NCBI GenBank assembly: GCA_963753595.1
Contig: CAVWCX010000003.1
Span: 1-64,000, forward strand
Direction: 5' to 3'
DNA: 64,000 nt
Source: Candidatus Methanoperedenaceae archaeon
GTDB lineage: Archaea > Halobacteriota > Methanosarcinia > Methanosarcinales > Methanoperedenaceae
Positions 9,879 through 19,657 of this stretch are shown piece after piece. The notes under the pieces were generated by a model. The model saw nothing but the letters and a program-made list of their open reading frames with translations. It made no database searches and was not told the origin of the DNA. How positions within the stretch are numbered: the first letter of the stretch is position 1; every line of letters starts with the position of its first letter. A program made the translations under genes and the position numbers.

Positions 9879-10257
9879 ATATAAATATCCAAGACTCAAC
9901 AAAAAATATTGTATATGCACACTCTAACAATATGTTTCGATTAAAACGACCAAGTGAGGCGGTTGGTGGTCCGGGGAAGGGGAAAGACTCACATTTATGA
10001 ATAGCAATTATACGAGTTATAGTTGAAAGTTGATTATTTCATCCATGGATAGTGTTTTCAGGTAAAAGCCTATTTAAAAACTGCAAATAAGCATTATTTT
10101 ACGACATTTACTTTACTTATTATTTTGCAATGAAGGCGATCTGAGGAGTAGCTCTCTACCCTTAATTCAAAGCAATACTTTACATTTTATTTTCGATATT
10201 GCATTACAAAATTTTATATGCCTTCCAGACACATACACAAAATAAGAAGGTGATTAT

Positions 10258-10476
10258 ATGGTTAGAACGCATAAAAACAAAAGCGGTTATTTGATAAACA
10301 ATGACACCGGACGGTTAGTTCATAGGGAAGTAGCAGAGAGAAAAGTGGGTGGTTCGATATACTCTGGCTATGAAGTTCACCATAAAAACGGCGATAAAAC
10401 TGATAACCGAAAAAGTAACTTAGCAGTTTTAAGAGACTCCTGCCACAAATACATAACTAAAAAAAATAGAAAGTAG
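10258..10476 (+). CDS. Small stand-alone HNH endonuclease-domain protein
   Basis: VHREVA...EVHHKNGDKTDNRKSNL; GAAGGTGA RBS. Confidence 0.85.
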   Translation: MVRTHKNKSGYLINNDTGRLVHREVAERKVGGSIYSGYEVHHKNGDKTDNRKSNLAVLRDSCHKYITKKNRK

Positions 10477-10553
10477 AGATGGTTTAGATATTATTTTTAA
10501 CTTTTTTAATCTTACTTTTTTCTGATTTCCCTGCCCGATCTCTCCGGGGCGAC

Positions 10554-10580
10554 ACTACAATTATACTGTAAAATTGTAAT
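10554..10580. repeat. Palindromic site copy 1: ACTACAATTAT-ACTGT-AAAATTGTAAT
   Basis: Imperfect inverted repeat; near-identical to 10876-10902. Confidence 0.8.
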
Positions 10581-10636
10581 ATTTATATCAGGGCTAGTAA
10601 AAATCTATATATAAAAGTAAATATAATAGATACGGC

Positions 10637-10846
10637 ATGGAACCGACAACTAAGGGTAAAGATACATTTGATTTTGTCATAGCTTTTATGGGTTCAGTTT
10701 TCCTAATATATCCTGCGATAAAAGACGTAATTGAAAAAAATGGTATGGCTTCATGGGCGCTATTTGCGTCAATATTGTTTTCAGGCGGTATAATAGGTAT
10801 ATTTTTGTATATATCTAAGCATACAAAATTATTTGATAAAAAATAA
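10637..10846 (+). CDS. Small two-TM hypothetical membrane protein
   Basis: 69 aa, two hydrophobic segments. Confidence 0.6.
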   Translation: MEPTTKGKDTFDFVIAFMGSVFLIYPAIKDVIEKNGMASWALFASILFSGGIIGIFLYISKHTKLFDKK

Positions 10847-10873
10847 GCTGCCTCTTGTCACACTATAGAATAA

Positions 10874-10904
10874 ATACTACAATTTTACTGCAAAATTGTA
10901 GTAT
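10874..10904. repeat. Palindromic site copy 2: ATACTACAATTTT-ACTGC-AAAATTGTAGTAT
   Basis: Perfect 13-bp inverted arms with 5-bp spacer, between convergent genes. Confidence 0.85.
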
Positions 10905-10981
10905 CTTACAAGAACCACCGAGCTCAGGCCTTAATTCAGGATCATTTGTTTCCTATGACTAGCATGAACCAGCATAATCTT

Positions 10982-11275
10982 TTAGGATATCAGTTTCATG
11001 CAGCCATCATGATCAATAAAGCCGTATCTGGAATAGAGCGATCGCAGCCAGTTCTCATCGACCTCATCACTGCCAACAGTCAGGGCCATGACCGTTAAAC
11101 CGATTTCGTCTGCGACTTTTTTTATTTCTGCCATCAAGAGTTTGAAGTACCCACGCCCACGATATTCAGGATATATTTTGAATTGATGGATGAAAAGGAT
11201 CTTTGGGTGCGTATCCCAAAAATCATAAACAACGTGACCTACTTGATTATCTCCTACATTTACTTCTTTTATCAT
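10982..11275 (-). CDS. GNAT family N-acetyltransferase (minimal)
   Basis: IYPEYRGRGY acetyl-CoA motif A; LYSRYGF. Confidence 0.82.
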   Translation of the reverse strand: MIKEVNVGDNQVGHVVYDFWDTHPKILFIHQFKIYPEYRGRGYFKLLMAEIKKVADEIGLTVMALTVGSDEVDENWLRSLYSRYGFIDHDGCMKLIS

Positions 11276-11437
11276 CTACGCTCATACGGCCAGGATATAG
11301 TAAGTCTATCCCATGCCAATCAATAATGAGCCTTTAAAAAGATAAAATAAGTATAATTTTACATTAAGTATTCTGAATCAACATTATCTGAAAAACTTCT
11401 GAGCGATTAGCGCAAAAGAAAACAAGAATGGGAAGAG

Positions 11438-11511
11438 TGCCCAGACCCGGACTTGAACCGGGGACATCTGCGTCTTCAGCGCAGCGCTCTCCCAGGCTGA
11501 GCTATCTGGGC
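11438..11511 (-). tRNA. tRNA-Phe(GAA), intron-less, CCA not encoded
   Basis: GCCCAGA acceptor stem, anticodon arm CTGCG-CTGAAGA-CGCAG, T-arm CCCGG-TTCAAGT-CCGGG. Confidence 0.97.
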
Positions 11512-11596
11512 ACAACAGGTGCTAATTGCCGACATCGTATATCAAACCTTTGTCAGCGACGCTCACAATATAGTTGACCATAGAAAAAGGTTTCGA

Positions 11597-11842
11597 TTAT
11601 CGCGACAGGAACATTTTCACAAGATAGACGCCAACACCGATCACTACAAGACTGAAAATCGACCTGACAAGAGCTACATAACGATAATCAAACAAAGTGG
11701 AAATTGCCTCCTGCATATCGAAAAAAAATGTGTAAAGAGCGATAAATATCAGTCCCACCAGCATGATAACCACAGCAACGTTGACAAGCTTTTTGAAACT
11801 GTTATCCTCTACCTTATCTTCACTTTTTTGTTCCCCTTCCAT
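11597..11842 (-). CDS. Small two-TM membrane protein
   Basis: 81 aa, two TM helices; last gene of a 3-gene operon. Confidence 0.75.
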   Translation of the reverse strand: MEGEQKSEDKVEDNSFKKLVNVAVVIMLVGLIFIALYTFFFDMQEAISTLFDYRYVALVRSIFSLVVIGVGVYLVKMFLSR

Positions 11843-11848
11843 TTTATT

Positions 11849-12736
11849 TCATCTCCTGCGCCGGATAATTACCTGATATACAAGCAATATCCCGATCAAT
11901 GCTGAAGCGGTCAGGAATCCTGGTTCTGTGGGCGTTTGTACAGGCTTTGGTTTCCCTTCTTCCACAAGCATATTAGTTATTGGTTCGTTATACTTTAAAG
12001 TATTCAGTTTCACTTTATCAACCAATTTAGCCTGTGCCACTGTTCTTCCATTTTCCAGTACTTTCACGGAAAAGCTATATTCCTTATTCCTGGGAATGGT
12101 GAAGGTTACCTTGCCCCTGGATCTGCCTTCGCTTTTCATTATGTTTAGCGTATCACTCTGGATATAAGTATTGTAAGGATCTATCTGTGCTGTCACTTCA
12201 AGGGTCAGGGGGTTTGAATCTCCTCCCTGATTATATAAACCGGGTGAAACATCCACTACAGCCATTGATGCATCATTAAGAAGTTTGGTTATAACGATAT
12301 TCAAATCAATAAGTTTGATATCCGATGGCTCACCTGGCGCAGGTTTTGCTTTAACTGTCACAGGAGCGACGTATTCAGTCAAGAGCTTTCCCCCCTCAAA
12401 TACCTGGACCTCAACTGCATATTCGCCGGGAGTTGGAACCTTAAGTGCTACACTGTTAGATGAGGACGATTTGCTTTTAATATAACCTATATCCGAATCC
12501 TTTTGGGAAACTATTAAATTTGTTGAAGGTTCCTTTATTTTTATTTTGACTGTAAGTGAGCCGGTATCAGTATCCTGGTCATTCCTGATATAAGGGGTCA
12601 CGGTAAGTTTTGTTCCGTCTTCGTCCTGTGAATACATAATATCAGTTGAGGTTATATAGACGTTTCCGTATTCTTTCAGGCAGCCGCTAAGGGCTACTGC
12701 AATAAGAATAAAAAATAAAAAAACCTTGAATTTCAT
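11849..12736 (-). CDS. Lipoprotein-signal surface protein with PGF-CTERM sorting signal
   Basis: ALSGC lipobox; C-terminal TPTEPGF + TM + RRRR. Confidence 0.82.
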   Translation of the reverse strand: MKFKVFLFFILIAVALSGCLKEYGNVYITSTDIMYSQDEDGTKLTVTPYIRNDQDTDTGSLTVKIKIKEPSTNLIVSQKDSDIGYIKSKSSSSNSVALKVPTPGEYAVEVQVFEGGKLLTEYVAPVTVKAKPAPGEPSDIKLIDLNIVITKLLNDASMAVVDVSPGLYNQGGDSNPLTLEVTAQIDPYNTYIQSDTLNIMKSEGRSRGKVTFTIPRNKEYSFSVKVLENGRTVAQAKLVDKVKLNTLKYNEPITNMLVEEGKPKPVQTPTEPGFLTASALIGILLVYQVIIRRRR

Positions 12737-12739
12737 GTC

Positions 12740-13561
12740 TTATAGTTTTACCTTAAGTTTTATTGTCTTTGAATCAAGGACCTTATTACCCATCATAAGG
12801 GTCACGAATACATCTGTCTCTCTATTAGGCGCATTTTTCAGGACCTGGAGTTGAAGAGGTAATGTATTGGATGTTCCGCTTTTTGCCATTGCATTCCCGA
12901 TAATGAGAGAACTATTTGTACCCATTCTCTTATTATCAACATCCGCAAATACTTTCAAGACATTCTCATCTATTGTTGACTTGCCATCATTTTTAATTGA
13001 AAAGGTTATCGTGAGGTTATCTCCAGCCTTTGCTTCCCATGTTGTTACTTCAGCTTCTGTTATGCTATTGATATCCTTAACAAAGCCAACGAACTTAAGT
13101 TTTACATCAGGAAGAACTATGGTCTTCACGGGAATTGACTTCGTTTTGGTTATGAGATTGCCTTTTGAATCCTTTCCTGAATCATAGGACACTGTAAGCG
13201 TTGTTGTATCTGCAACATCTTTGAAACCTGGCGCCTGGATCTTTGCAGATAAGAGAACACCGGAGGGCTGGTCTGTCCTTGCCGGGATATTCAAATTTCC
13301 GCCCGAGATAATTGTGAAAGGTTCAAATGAGTTTACAGAAACAGAATCTATTGGCAGTGTAGCATTATTCAACACGCTCACTGATATTTCTTTTTCCTGG
13401 AACTCTTTCATTTCGATCGGCGGCACATTAACAATAATGTCTGATGGGTCAACCGGAGCTACTGTCGATACACATCCCGATAAAAGGACTACTAAAGCTA
13501 ATAATATATACATTATTGGTTTTTTCACGATATCACCCGATTTTAGACCATATTTTCGCAA
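12740..13561 (-). CDS. Putative lipoprotein, beta-sandwich/S-layer-like domains
   Basis: VVLLSGC lipobox; start uncertain. Confidence 0.72.
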   Translation of the reverse strand: MRKYGLKSGDIVKKPIMYILLALVVLLSGCVSTVAPVDPSDIIVNVPPIEMKEFQEKEISVSVLNNATLPIDSVSVNSFEPFTIISGGNLNIPARTDQPSGVLLSAKIQAPGFKDVADTTTLTVSYDSGKDSKGNLITKTKSIPVKTIVLPDVKLKFVGFVKDINSITEAEVTTWEAKAGDNLTITFSIKNDGKSTIDENVLKVFADVDNKRMGTNSSLIIGNAMAKSGTSNTLPLQLQVLKNAPNRETDVFVTLMMGNKVLDSKTIKLKVKL

Positions 13562-13769
13562 AGTTAACTATTAATGGTCATGTTTAATCATATACACTTC
13601 GTTTTTAACTATATATAGATTTCCCCCAATGATTCCCCCCAAAATTATTCAGCCTGGCTTCGTGCCGCCATCAATATATTTAAGTAGATTAACTGCAAGT
13701 TAGGTCAAGAATTATAATATTCCTATTAAATGGAGAATTTATTATTATTAATACAGGAGAATAAAAGTA

Positions 13770-14198
13770 ATGGCAGATTTCAGAGTAACTGTTTCGGACA
13801 GCAAAAGTAAATTGGCTTACCAGGTAGCTGTAACAGGCCCGGCAGCCAACAAAATGATCGGAAAAAAAATTGGGGAAGTCGTAAGCGGCGATATTGCAGG
13901 AATGGCAGGATACACACTCAAGGTAACTGGCGGAACCGATAAGGACGGATTCGCTATGAGAGGGGATTTACCAGGGCCGGCAAGACGAAAGATATTAGTT
14001 GCAGGCGGCGTTGGTTATATTCCGAAGGCAGATGGGGTAAAGAAGCGAAAATCCATGAGGGGACATGAGATCTCATCAGACATCTCACAGATCAATACTG
14101 TAATCGTAGATTATGGCCAGAAACCTTTGAGTGAAATCTTCGTGAAGAAGGAAGGCGAAGAAAAGAAGGAAAAGGAAAGACCAAAGAGCAAAAGATAA
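13770..14198 (+). CDS. rps6e: 30S ribosomal protein S6e
   Basis: GYTLKVTGGTDKDGFAMR, KRKSMRG. Confidence 0.96.
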   Translation: MADFRVTVSDSKSKLAYQVAVTGPAANKMIGKKIGEVVSGDIAGMAGYTLKVTGGTDKDGFAMRGDLPGPARRKILVAGGVGYIPKADGVKKRKSMRGHEISSDISQINTVIVDYGQKPLSEIFVKKEGEEKKEKERPKSKR

Positions 14199-14386
14199 TC
14201 TTTAGATTTTAGCGTTCTGGATATTAATTATTCAAACGTTAATCTTAATATTTTATTATTTTTTATTGTTATTTTTTATTACTATATCTGTGGCAGATAT
14301 GCTGCAGTATTACACCTTTGGGACGATGCATTTGAAGTGCATACTATTTGAGATTTATTTAACTGCAGAATTGGGAAAAAAGTGGC

Positions 14387-15349
14387 TTAATACTTCCGCT
14401 CGATCATATAATCGGCAAGCCTTGTAAGTGTATTTTTTGCTTCTGAATCAGGAAGTACAGCAAGCGCAGCTTTACCTTCATCCACAAAACTGAGCGCCTT
14501 GTTCATGGCGTAATCGATTGAACCTGATTCCTTAAGCGTAGTGAGCGCCGCAGAGATCTCGCTTCTGGTCGCATTGCATTTCCCGAGAGCATCAATACTT
14601 ACTTTTTTAGAAAGTGCATGGATGATGATAAGAGTGCGTTTTCCTTCAATTATGTCCCCACCCTGCGCTTTTCCCAGTATTTCCTCAGGAGTGATCAGAT
14701 CGATCACATCATCATATATCTGGAATCCAACACCCGTCAGCCGGCCAAAATCCCATAAAGCCCTGACATGCTCGCGGTTTGCACCTGATAATACTGCTCC
14801 TAATTTAAGTGCTGTTGCAAAAAGTACAGCCGTTTTTTTCTCTACCATGCGCATATACTCTTCTTCAGTTACATCAGTGCGTGTCTGGAAATTCATATCC
14901 ATCCACTGGCCTTCGCATATATCTGTGCATGTCTTTGACAGCAGCTCAAGACTTTCAACAAGTCTCTGTGGCTCGCTTTTTGTACATGAAAGTATCTCAA
15001 AAGCCTTTGAATAAAGAGCGTCCCCGGCAATGATCGCTCTTGGAACACCCCATTTCTTATGAACAGTTGTAAGACCCCTCCTCAAATCCGCTTCATCCAT
15101 GATATCATCATGTATCAGGGTGAAATTATGCACAAGTTCAACAGCGACTGCCGCAGGAAGAACGTCCTCGGGCTTTCCGCCAACTGCTTCAGATGCCAGC
15201 AACAACGCAGATGGCCGAAGTCTTTTTCCTCCGGCATCAAGAAGATGGCGCATGGCTTTATACAATTCATCAGGCGGAGTAATTGGAAGAAATTTAGGAA
15301 TAGATTCATCAACCAATTTAGCTTTTTTCTGGAGGATCTCTTCGATCAT
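14387..15349 (-). CDS. idsA: Geranylgeranyl diphosphate synthase (polyprenyl synthetase)
   Basis: GGKRLRP, HDDIMD..RRG, QIYDDVID. Confidence 0.93.
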   Translation of the reverse strand: MIEEILQKKAKLVDESIPKFLPITPPDELYKAMRHLLDAGGKRLRPSALLLASEAVGGKPEDVLPAAVAVELVHNFTLIHDDIMDEADLRRGLTTVHKKWGVPRAIIAGDALYSKAFEILSCTKSEPQRLVESLELLSKTCTDICEGQWMDMNFQTRTDVTEEEYMRMVEKKTAVLFATALKLGAVLSGANREHVRALWDFGRLTGVGFQIYDDVIDLITPEEILGKAQGGDIIEGKRTLIIIHALSKKVSIDALGKCNATRSEISAALTTLKESGSIDYAMNKALSFVDEGKAALAVLPDSEAKNTLTRLADYMIERKY

Positions 15350-15391
15350 ATATTTTTCATCTCCGGTTTTTTACATATATCATATACATCT

Positions 15392-16729
15392 TCATACGAC
15401 CAGTTCCTCACCATTTCTCATGATATGGACGGTATCACCAAAGTGGTATCCAGCATCCTCAGCCAGTTCAACATAATGGGAATGCATTACCATATTCCCA
15501 TGTGATGGGATAACCTGCTCTGGATTCACCATACGCAATAGTTCCCAGTGGTCTTCCCTTGAAGCATGACCGGATACGTGGACATTTTCATAAATGCGGG
15601 CTCCTGCCATTTTTAATTTTATCTCAAGGACATGCCTGTTCGCCATTGTCATAGGGCTTGGAATGGTATTTGCAGAGAATATGACTTTATCCCCTGGTTC
15701 GATCCTGTATTGTGTTTCTCCATTTGCGATCCTTGTAAGGATAGCATCGGGCTCGCCCTGATGACCGGTGACTATAGGGAGATATTTTTTCTTCCCTTCC
15801 TGTGATATGCGTTTCAGGAATTTATCAACTGAGTTCCTGTTACCGTATATTTCAAGATTTTTAGGGAATTTTATATAACCCATCTTCTGGGCTATTGAAA
15901 GATAGCGTTCCATTGACCTTCCAAGTAAAACAGGGATCCTGTCCATCTCTTCTGCCGCCTGGATAATTGCATTGATACGCGCCACATGTGATGAAAATGT
16001 AGTAATAATTACGCCCGACTCTGTTTCTTCAGTACCGAGCAATACGTCGCGGACGAGGTCTTTTGCGATTTGTTCAGAGGGGGTTTTCCCGGATAGTCCT
16101 GAATTTGTGCTTTCGGTTATCATAGCCCTGACGCCATCCCTGCCAATTTTTTTGAGTCTTGCGAAATCCGGGGCTTCTCCGATAGTCGGGGTCCTGTCCA
16201 GTTTGAAATCACTGGCATAAAGAATAATTCCTTCGGGAGTATGGATCGCTGCAAAAGCTGAATCCACTATGCTGTGCTGGATACGTATGAATTCGATCTG
16301 GATATCCGGTGTAAGATTATATCTTCCACCGATCTTTAAGGGAATAACTTCATTATTTACCCTGAATTTCTTTTCATCTGATATTTCATGCTTAACAAGC
16401 TCTGCGGTATATGGTGTGGCTATTATAGGCGCCTTATACCTGTGGGCGAGCTTTGGAATAGCTCCAATATGGTCAAGATGACCGTGCGTGCAGACTATAG
16501 CTTTTACGCTTCCGCCTGCATCCTTCATGATGGTATCATCAGGGATCGCCCCCATTTTTATAAGGTCCATTGAATGCATCTTGTCTATTTCGACATCTTC
16601 ATGTATCTGGACCCTGTCCAGTTGCAGTCCCATATCCAGGACAATAATGTCATTACCTACTCTTACACCGGTCATGTTCCGGCCCATTTCATTATAGCCG
16701 CCGACCGCAATAATTCCTATTTCTGTCAT
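15392..16729 (-). CDS. rnj: Ribonuclease J (beta-CASP)
   Basis: GGYNEMGRNMT, THGHLDHIG, HVSGHA. Confidence 0.95.
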   Translation of the reverse strand: MTEIGIIAVGGYNEMGRNMTGVRVGNDIIVLDMGLQLDRVQIHEDVEIDKMHSMDLIKMGAIPDDTIMKDAGGSVKAIVCTHGHLDHIGAIPKLAHRYKAPIIATPYTAELVKHEISDEKKFRVNNEVIPLKIGGRYNLTPDIQIEFIRIQHSIVDSAFAAIHTPEGIILYASDFKLDRTPTIGEAPDFARLKKIGRDGVRAMITESTNSGLSGKTPSEQIAKDLVRDVLLGTEETESGVIITTFSSHVARINAIIQAAEEMDRIPVLLGRSMERYLSIAQKMGYIKFPKNLEIYGNRNSVDKFLKRISQEGKKKYLPIVTGHQGEPDAILTRIANGETQYRIEPGDKVIFSANTIPSPMTMANRHVLEIKLKMAGARIYENVHVSGHASREDHWELLRMVNPEQVIPSHGNMVMHSHYVELAEDAGYHFGDTVHIMRNGEELVV

Positions 16730-16782
16730 TTAAATCACTCTTTAATTATTAGTTTATATGTGTTATTATATATTTTATTATA

Positions 16783-17889
16783 TTATGTCTTATATCTTTT
16801 CGTTGCAAATTTACCAGTCTCAAATCCCCGTTGACCCAGGAACTCTTTCGTACTTCCACGGATCACTAAAGCCACGTTTCCCAGTTCTTCAATTGTACTG
16901 CATCCGCATAAGAACATAGCTACTCTTAATTCTTCAATAATAAGATTCAACTTGTCTACTACATCCTTATGTCCTTTTAAAGCAGGAGCAACAAGGGGCA
17001 ATGCAATACCACAAAGGGATGCGCCCAGTGCGATGGATTTTGCCACATCTATTCCTGAACGGATGCCACCTGTTGCAATTACAGGTATTGAAATCGTGGA
17101 TTCCACTATACTCACAGTTGTGGGTATTCCCCAGTTCCAGAATTCTTTGCCAAGATGTTCGGATAACAGGTCTCCGCGTTTTTGTGCACGATATGTTTCC
17201 ACACCTGCCCAGCTTGTTCCGCCAAGACCTCCTACATCGATCGCAGCTGCACCAGCTTCACAAATAGCAACAGCCTGTGAATGGGCAATACCTGCGCCTG
17301 TTTCCTTTACAATGACCGGAACTGATAGCTCCTCGCATACTTTCTTTATGGCAGCAAGGCATCCTGTGGCATCAACATTTCCTTCAGGTTGAATTGCTTC
17401 CTGCAAAAAATTCAGATGAATGGCCATGGCATCGGCTCCTATCATCTCGACTGCCCTCTCAAGTCCATCGATCCCGAATTCATTCAGTTGTGCTGCGCCC
17501 ACATTTCCGTAAATGAATGCATTGGGCGCTTTATCCCTTACAACCCTGAATGAATCCTCCATGCTGGGATCCTCGATCGCTGCTCTCTGGCTTCCCACAC
17601 CGATACCTATGCCAAGCTCTTCTGCTGCGCAAGCAAGCGTTGCATTCACAGCTTTGGTGTCCGGATGTCCGCCCGTCATTGATGCTATCAGTATGGGCGC
17701 ACGTAATTTCTTATCCAGGAATTCCGTTTCAAGATAAAGATTATTTTTATTTATTTCCGGAAGACAATTATGAACAAGGTCTACGTCATCAAAACCTGAT
17801 GCCCGAAGACCCGTATTACGCTTATGCGCTTCAACATCTTTTTCAACGCATAATAATAAATGTTCTATCTTCCTTTCCGACGTACTCAT
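16783..17889 (-). CDS. fni: Type 2 isopentenyl-diphosphate delta-isomerase
   Basis: RKIEH, MTGG, GVGSQR, HLNFLQEAIQPEG, KETG. Confidence 0.95.
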   Translation of the reverse strand: MSTSERKIEHLLLCVEKDVEAHKRNTGLRASGFDDVDLVHNCLPEINKNNLYLETEFLDKKLRAPILIASMTGGHPDTKAVNATLACAAEELGIGIGVGSQRAAIEDPSMEDSFRVVRDKAPNAFIYGNVGAAQLNEFGIDGLERAVEMIGADAMAIHLNFLQEAIQPEGNVDATGCLAAIKKVCEELSVPVIVKETGAGIAHSQAVAICEAGAAAIDVGGLGGTSWAGVETYRAQKRGDLLSEHLGKEFWNWGIPTTVSIVESTISIPVIATGGIRSGIDVAKSIALGASLCGIALPLVAPALKGHKDVVDKLNLIIEELRVAMFLCGCSTIEELGNVALVIRGSTKEFLGQRGFETGKFATKRYKT

Positions 17890-17922
17890 TTCATATCCCT
17901 TATTAAATTCACTATATATAAC

Positions 17923-18690
17923 TCATTTGTCTGAAATCAAAGTTCCAACATCTTCTCCATATAAAAATCTTGATACTACACCTTTCCGGGAAGCATTGAA
18001 TATCCTGGAGCTTATTCCTTTATTGGCAAGTTCCAGCAGCTCCGAAACTTTTCCGAGCATTCCGCCAGTAACATCCGTTGAGCCTGAACCCTTGATATTT
18101 TTTCTCATGTCACCAAAACTGTACTGCGTTATTTTTTTTATAACTGCATCATTGTTATCGAGTACCCCATCAACATCGCTTCCGGCGCCAATTTGCGAAG
18201 CGTTCAATGCAATTGCTATATGCGGGATTATCCTGTCACCCGAAAGAACCGAGGCGCCTTTTATCCTGTCCATAACCACATCTCCGTGAAGTACAGGAAT
18301 AATGCCTTTTTCAAGCATCACTTTTATCTGGCCGATCTGGAAATCAATTATCTTCCCATTCTCAAGAAGGCATGAGCTTAAAGGATGAACCGGCAGGGCA
18401 TGCGCACCTGCATTATTCAAAGATTCCAAAACTTTTGAATTCAATTCTTTCACAGAAACATGGGTAAGATATGCGCCTTTTGCATCAAATCCTTCGCTCA
18501 ACTTATATTTCATGGCCTGCGGGTGGCCAAATGAACCTGCCCCATGAACAAGGATAAGCTGTGAATCCGAATCTTTTTTAAATGAAACGATCTCATTTGA
18601 TATCCTATCAATTTCAGCGTCCCTTGCTTTTGATATTGAACTTTTTTCAGTAATTACACTTCCACCGATCTTCAATATTATAAGGCTCAA
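17923..18690 (-). CDS. ipk: Isopentenyl phosphate kinase
   Basis: LKIGGSVIT, VHGAGSFGH, SGD, DVTGGM; operon context. Confidence 0.92.
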   Translation of the reverse strand: MSLIILKIGGSVITEKSSISKARDAEIDRISNEIVSFKKDSDSQLILVHGAGSFGHPQAMKYKLSEGFDAKGAYLTHVSVKELNSKVLESLNNAGAHALPVHPLSSCLLENGKIIDFQIGQIKVMLEKGIIPVLHGDVVMDRIKGASVLSGDRIIPHIAIALNASQIGAGSDVDGVLDNNDAVIKKITQYSFGDMRKNIKGSGSTDVTGGMLGKVSELLELANKGISSRIFNASRKGVVSRFLYGEDVGTLISDK

Positions 18691-19586
18691 ACCTGTAACA
18701 CCCCATCTGGAGTGAAACTGGAAATAATTGCGCTACCTCCGGCTTTTTCAATCGCGTTAGCAACTTTGCGGGGCGAATCAGTAAGCGCTACCATACATCC
18801 TCCGCCGCCAGCGCCTGTCAGTTTTGCCCCGTATGCTCCGGCATTACGTGCAGCATATACAAGGGCGGATAATTCCATCGTGCACACGCCAAGCGCATCA
18901 AGCAATCCATGATTGATATTCATCAGTTTACCCAGCGTTGCATAATTTTTTTGAATTACCATGATCTCCCCGTGTCCTGCAAATGAACCGATGGTTTTGA
19001 TTATGGGATCAATGAGATCAGGATATTCTTCCTTAAGTTGGGCTACCTGTTTTACAAGTTTTGCGGTTTTTTTGGGCGAAGCTCCTTTATTAGTATTCCC
19101 GATCACGACACCGCATTCCAGGATGTCGATATTTTTCCGGGAGGGAATTTCAATTACCCCGCCAAAAGTCGAAACAAATGTATCCGTAGGACTTGCAGCC
19201 CCCTGCACTTCCTTTTCTATCTCATGCGCCATTTTTGCAATACTGGTTTTATCATGCATGAGGCCGCATTCGATATTGATCGCCTCAAGTGTCGCAACAG
19301 TTACCGCGGCAGATGAGCCAAGGCCTGAGCCTACCGGGATCTGTGAGGTTATTTCTATTGAAACATCCGGAGAACCCAGTTTCTGTATAGCTGACGAAAC
19401 ATAAGGATGCGTCTGGAAATCAATCCCTGTTGTCCCGATATCTGATGAGATAGAAATATCATTTGAACCTTTCACTGCAACTCGGGTCCGAAGCTCCACA
19501 GCGCAGGCGATCGCCGGTTCACCATATACCACGGCATGCTCACCAAACAGGTATATTTTGCCCGGGGCTGTGCATGTGGTGGTCAA
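18687..19586 (-). CDS. mvk: Mevalonate kinase
   Basis: APGKIYLFGEHAVVYG, PVGSGLGSSAA, KLTGAGGGG. Confidence 0.95.
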   Translation of the reverse strand: MTTTCTAPGKIYLFGEHAVVYGEPAIACAVELRTRVAVKGSNDISISSDIGTTGIDFQTHPYVSSAIQKLGSPDVSIEITSQIPVGSGLGSSAAVTVATLEAINIECGLMHDKTSIAKMAHEIEKEVQGAASPTDTFVSTFGGVIEIPSRKNIDILECGVVIGNTNKGASPKKTAKLVKQVAQLKEEYPDLIDPIIKTIGSFAGHGEIMVIQKNYATLGKLMNINHGLLDALGVCTMELSALVYAARNAGAYGAKLTGAGGGGCMVALTDSPRKVANAIEKAGGSAIISSFTPDGVLQV

Positions 19587-19657
19587 TAAAATTCTCCGAC
19601 CCCCTTGATGCGATGTATAAATATAAGGATTGCCAACCTGCCGGCTGTGGGACAGAA

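Noticed and set aside
9953-9992. GC-rich GTGAG...CTCAC segment as sRNA/riboswitch
   Set aside because: Only a 5-bp stem and no recognisable family motif
10477-10640. Integron attC site
   Set aside because: No RYYYAAC...GTTRRRY pairing around the palindrome and no integron integrase
11368-11395. dif-like site (..TCAACA-TTATCTGAAAA) near tRNA-Phe
   Set aside because: Left arm is not complementary to the right arm; resemblance too weak
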